DNA of 64,000 nucleotides, taken from contig CAZODI010000007.1 in the NCBI GenBank assembly GCA_964578535.1, positions 18,785 to 82,784 of the forward strand, written 5' to 3'. This stretch comes from an uncultured Syntrophaceae bacterium. GTDB taxonomy: Bacteria > Desulfobacterota > Syntrophia > Syntrophales > PHBD01. Position 1 is the stretch's first letter. Each line of letters begins with the position of its first letter. Below, piece after piece: positions 60,798 through 64,000 of the stretch. The notes beneath the pieces are model-generated. The model had not been told where the DNA came from. It was given only the letters and a program-made list of their open reading frames with translations, and ran no database searches. A program made the position numbers and the translations under genes.

Positions 60798-61708
60798 AGC
60801 GGGACCTTCTGACGGAATTCGACCTGACCATCGAGGAATTCGACCGGCTCTTCGCCCGGAGCGGCGAGATGAAGGCGGATCTCAGGCAGGGGCGCCCTCA
60901 CCGCTCCCTTGCCGGGCAGGTGCTGGGGATGATCTTCGAGAAGTCTTCGACCCGCACGCGGCTATCCTTCGAAGTGGCCATGATCCAACTGGGCGGGACG
61001 GCCATTTTCCTCTCCAGCCGCGACATCCAGATCGGACGGGGGGAAACGGTGGCCGACACTGCCCGGATCCTCTCCCGGTATGTCGACGGGGTCATGATCC
61101 GGACCTTCGGCCAGGAGATCGTGGAGGAATTCGCCCGGTACGCGACGATCCCCGTAATCAACGGCCTGACGGATCTCCTGCATCCCTGCCAGATCCTGAG
61201 CGACCTCTTCACCGTCATCGAGAAGCGGGGAGGTTACGAGAATCTGAAGATTGCGTATGTGGGGGACGGGAACAACATCGCCAATTCCTGGCTGAACACC
61301 GCCGCCCGGCTTCCGTTTCACCTGGCCCTGGCGTGCCCGGAGGGGTATGAGCCGGACCGGGAGATCCTGGACCGGGCCGTCCGGGAGGCCCCCCGCTCGG
61401 CCGCCCTTTTCCGGGATCCCCGGGATGCCGTCCGGGATGCCGACATCGTTTATACGGACGTCTGGGCCAGCATGGGGCAGGAGGGCGAAAAGGACGTCCG
61501 GGCCAAGGCATTCCAGGGCTACTGCATCGACGAGGCACTCCTTGAACGGGCAAAGCCGGAGGTCCTGGTCATGCACTGCCTGCCGGCCCATCGCGGGGAA
61601 GAGATCTCCGCCGCCGTCATGGACGGGCCGCGCTCCATCGTTTTCGACCAGGCGGAGAACCGCCTGCATGTACAGAAAGCCATCCTGGAGATGCTCATGG
61701 GCCGTTAG
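60794..61708 (+). CDS. argF: ornithine carbamoyltransferase
   Basis: SSTRTR, HPCQ and [10 protein letters not shown] motifs. The ATG overlaps the argD stop (ATGA). Confidence 0.95.
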   Translation: MKRDLLTEFDLTIEEFDRLFARSGEMKADLRQGRPHRSLAGQVLGMIFEKSSTRTRLSFEVAMIQLGGTAIFLSSRDIQIGRGETVADTARILSRYVDGVMIRTFGQEIVEEFARYATIPVINGLTDLLHPCQILSDLFTVIEKRGGYENLKIAYVGDGNNIANSWLNTAARLPFHLALACPEGYEPDREILDRAVREAPRSAALFRDPRDAVRDADIVYTDVWASMGQEGEKDVRAKAFQGYCIDEALLERAKPEVLVMHCLPAHRGEEISAAVMDGPRSIVFDQAENRLHVQKAILEMLMGR

Positions 61709-61784
61709 AGGCGGCCCGGACGAGACCGGAGGACACTCTCGCTTTCAGGCTCCAGGGAGTTCAAGAACACAGGAGGATTCAATC

Positions 61785-63152
61785 ATGGTGCAACCGGTAA
61801 AAAAAGTGGTGCTCGCCTACTCGGGCGGGCTCGACACATCCGTCATCGTCCAATGGCTCATCGAGACGTACGGCTGCGAGGTCATTGCCTTCGCCGCCGA
61901 TGTCGGACAGAAGGAGGAACTGGACGGACTCAGGGAAAAGGCGATCAGTACGGGGGCCAGCCGATGCTACATCGACGATCTCCGGGACGAGTTCGCCCGG
62001 GACTTCATCTTCCCGGCGCTGAAGGCCAATGCCATTTACGAGGGGGTCTACCTCCTGGGAACGTCCCTGGCGCGGCCGCTGATCGCCAAGCGGCAGCTCG
62101 AGATCGCAACCCTCGAGGGCGCCGATGCCGTCTGCCACGGCGCCACCGGCAAGGGAAACGACCAGGTGCGCTTTGAGCTGACCTACATGGCGCTCAATCC
62201 GAACATCCGGATCATCTCCGCCTGGAAGGATCCGAACTGGATCTTCGATTCCCGGGACTCGATGTTCGACTACGCGGAGAAGCACGGAATCCCGCTGCCG
62301 CTGACGAAGGACAAGCCCTATTCGAGCGACCGGAATTCGCTGCACATCTCCCACGAGGGGGCGATTCTGGAGGATCCCTGGGCGGAGCCGCCGGAGGACA
62401 TCTTCGTCCTCACCGTCTCGCCGGAAGCCGCTCCGGACAAGCCGACCTATGTGGAAATCGACTTCGTCAAGGGGGTTCCCGTGGCGGTCGACGGCGTCCG
62501 CATGCTGCCGGCGGAGCTGATGGACCACCTGAACACGATCGCCGGGGCCAACGGCGTCGGACGGGTGGACATGGTGGAGAACCGGTTCGTGGGCATGAAG
62601 TCCCGGGGCGTGTACGAGACCCCCGGCGGCACGGTGCTGTGGGCGGCCCACCGGGCCATCGAGTCGATCACGATGGACCGGGAGGTCATGTTCATGCGGG
62701 ATTCGCTGATTCCCAAGTACTCCCAGCTCGTCTACAACGGATTCTGGTATGCCCCGGAAATGCAGGCCCTGCAGTGCTTCATCGACCAGACCCAGGAAAA
62801 TGTAACCGGCACCGCCCGGGTCAAGCTCTACAAGGGGAACTGCATCGTCGTCGGCAGGAAGTCACCCCTGACCCTCTATCGCGAGGACTTCGCGACGTTC
62901 GAGAAGGACCAGGTCTACAACCAGATGGACGCCACGGGATTCATCCGGCTGAACGCCCTCCGGCTCCGGATCAAGGCCATGGTCGAGCAGGAAAGGCTCC
63001 GCCAGGATGGGGAGCGGCGCGGTATCGAGCGCCGGATCAGCGAGCGGAGGAACGGCGACCGGCGGGGTGCGAAGGTGCCCATTCAGAAGGATGAGCGGGC
63101 TTCGGAGCGCCGCAGGGTGGCCCGCCGCACGAAGGAACGCCGGCAGAAATAG
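61785..63152 (+). CDS. argG: argininosuccinate synthase with a ~55-aa Arg-rich C-terminal extension
   Basis: [10 protein letters not shown]-loop and ...[13 protein letters not shown]... ATG 61785. The tail is [28 protein letters not shown]...[15 protein letters not shown]. Confidence 0.95.
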   Translation: MVQPVKKVVLAYSGGLDTSVIVQWLIETYGCEVIAFAADVGQKEELDGLREKAISTGASRCYIDDLRDEFARDFIFPALKANAIYEGVYLLGTSLARPLIAKRQLEIATLEGADAVCHGATGKGNDQVRFELTYMALNPNIRIISAWKDPNWIFDSRDSMFDYAEKHGIPLPLTKDKPYSSDRNSLHISHEGAILEDPWAEPPEDIFVLTVSPEAAPDKPTYVEIDFVKGVPVAVDGVRMLPAELMDHLNTIAGANGVGRVDMVENRFVGMKSRGVYETPGGTVLWAAHRAIESITMDREVMFMRDSLIPKYSQLVYNGFWYAPEMQALQCFIDQTQENVTGTARVKLYKGNCIVVGRKSPLTLYREDFATFEKDQVYNQMDATGFIRLNALRLRIKAMVEQERLRQDGERRGIERRISERRNGDRRGAKVPIQKDERASERRRVARRTKERRQK

Positions 63153-63173
63153 GACGAAAAGCGATGGCGCGAA

Positions 63174-64000
63174 AAGAAAAGCCCTGGGGAGGGCGCTTCA
63201 AGGGGGGGACGGACCGGGAGGTGGAGGCGTTCACGGCCTCCATCGCCTTCGACCGCCGCCTTTACCGCCACGACATCGAGGGCAGCATTGCCCATGCCCG
63301 CATGCTGGCCCGGCAGGGCATCCTGACCGCCCGGGAGGAGAAGGCCGTCGTCGCGGGCCTGAAGGGAATCCGGAAGGACTTCGATCGGGGGGTCCTGTCC
63401 TTTGCCGACGCCGATGAAGACGTCCACATGGCCGTGGAGAAGGAGTTGATCCGGCGCATCGGGGACGCCGGGGCGAAGCTTCACACGGGGCGGAGCCGCA
63501 ACGATCAGGTGGCCCTGGACCTCCGCCTCTACCTGAGGGAGGAGATCGGCCATATCCTGGAGGGCATCGGGGTGCTCAAGGAAGCCCTGGCGGATCTGGC
63601 CGGCAGGGAGATCGACACGGTCCTGCCGGGCTATACCCACCTCCAGCGGGCCCAGCCGATTCTGCTGTCGCATTACCTCCTGGCCTATCGGGAGATGCTG
63701 GACCGGGACGAGAGCCGGTTCCGGGAGTGCCGGGTCCGGGTCAACGTGATGCCTCTCGGGGCGGGCGCCCTGGCCGGGACGGGGATCCCCATCGACCGGC
63801 GCGTCACGGCGGAGCTCCTGGAATTCCCGGAGATGACCCACAATAGCCTGGACGCCGTTTCGGACCGGGATTTCGCGGCGGAGTTCCTCTTTGACTGTGC
63901 CCTGCTCATGATGCACCTGAGCCGGTTCTGCGAGGACCTGATCCTGTGGTCCACGGAGGAGTTCCGGTTCATCGAGATCTCCGACGCCTTCACCACCGGC
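63174..64000 (+). CDS. argH: argininosuccinate lyase (3' end beyond the window)
   Basis: MARKEKPWGGRFKGGTD..., TGRSRNDQV and GYTHLQRAQP signatures. The frame is open to the right edge. It is absent from the ORF track because it has no stop within the window. Confidence 0.95.

Noticed and set aside
62985-63152. PilZ-like c-di-GMP binding by the RxxxR-spaced arginines in the ArgG tail
   Set aside because: RxxxR spacing arises trivially in an Arg-rich repeat. The second PilZ motif (D/NxSxxG) and any beta-barrel-forming sequence are absent.

Overview
This is a 64-kb high-GC bacterial chromosome segment. Sampled 60-nt lines run about 42/60 G+C (line 1501), but the first ~1.4 kb is clearly lower (29/60 in line 1). 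The gene content suggests an anaerobic Desulfobacterota ('deltaproteobacterial') host: YedF/DUF3343 selenium-associated genes, an iron-sulfur flavoprotein, a BbsEF-like CoA-transferase pair, a DRG-like GTPase and PAS-rich kinases. The host assignment is inference only.

About 50 protein genes are supported:
- Housekeeping blocks: ligA; miaB, a DUF151 nuclease, xerC, hslV and hslU; argB-argD-argF-argG-argH (argH is cut by the right edge); and ubiE.
- A signalling operon: a 7-PAS hybrid kinase, an HD-GYP response regulator and a 2-PAS hybrid kinase.
- An acyl-CoA activation/oxidation cluster.
- A ~9-kb type V secretion island: tpsB, tpsA and an adjacent classical autotransporter.

I recognised no rRNA, tRNA, CRISPR array, transposase or phage integrase.

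The items most worth a second look are:
- a secreted cyanovirin-N-homology (CVNH) lectin;
- a periplasmic solute-binding domain fused to a cytidine-deaminase fold that has lost all three zinc-ligand cysteines;
- a YihY/BrkB membrane domain fused to a CRP-like cNMP-binding module, downstream of a B-box-like zinc protein;
- the TpsA (GLUG + MBG repeats, unassigned C-terminus) plus autotransporter locus;
- a minimal class III cyclase at the end of an MBL / Isf / lytic transglycosylase gene string;
- a 65-nt perfect direct repeat bracketing one PAS module;
- an Arg-rich tail on ArgG;
- a frameshifted acylphosphatase gene;
- a dispersed intergenic repeat family.

I did not find a multi-gene operon of unknown proteins that I could defend as a new system, so interest scores are modest. 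All family calls come from motif recognition by eye or memory and need HMM or BLAST confirmation.
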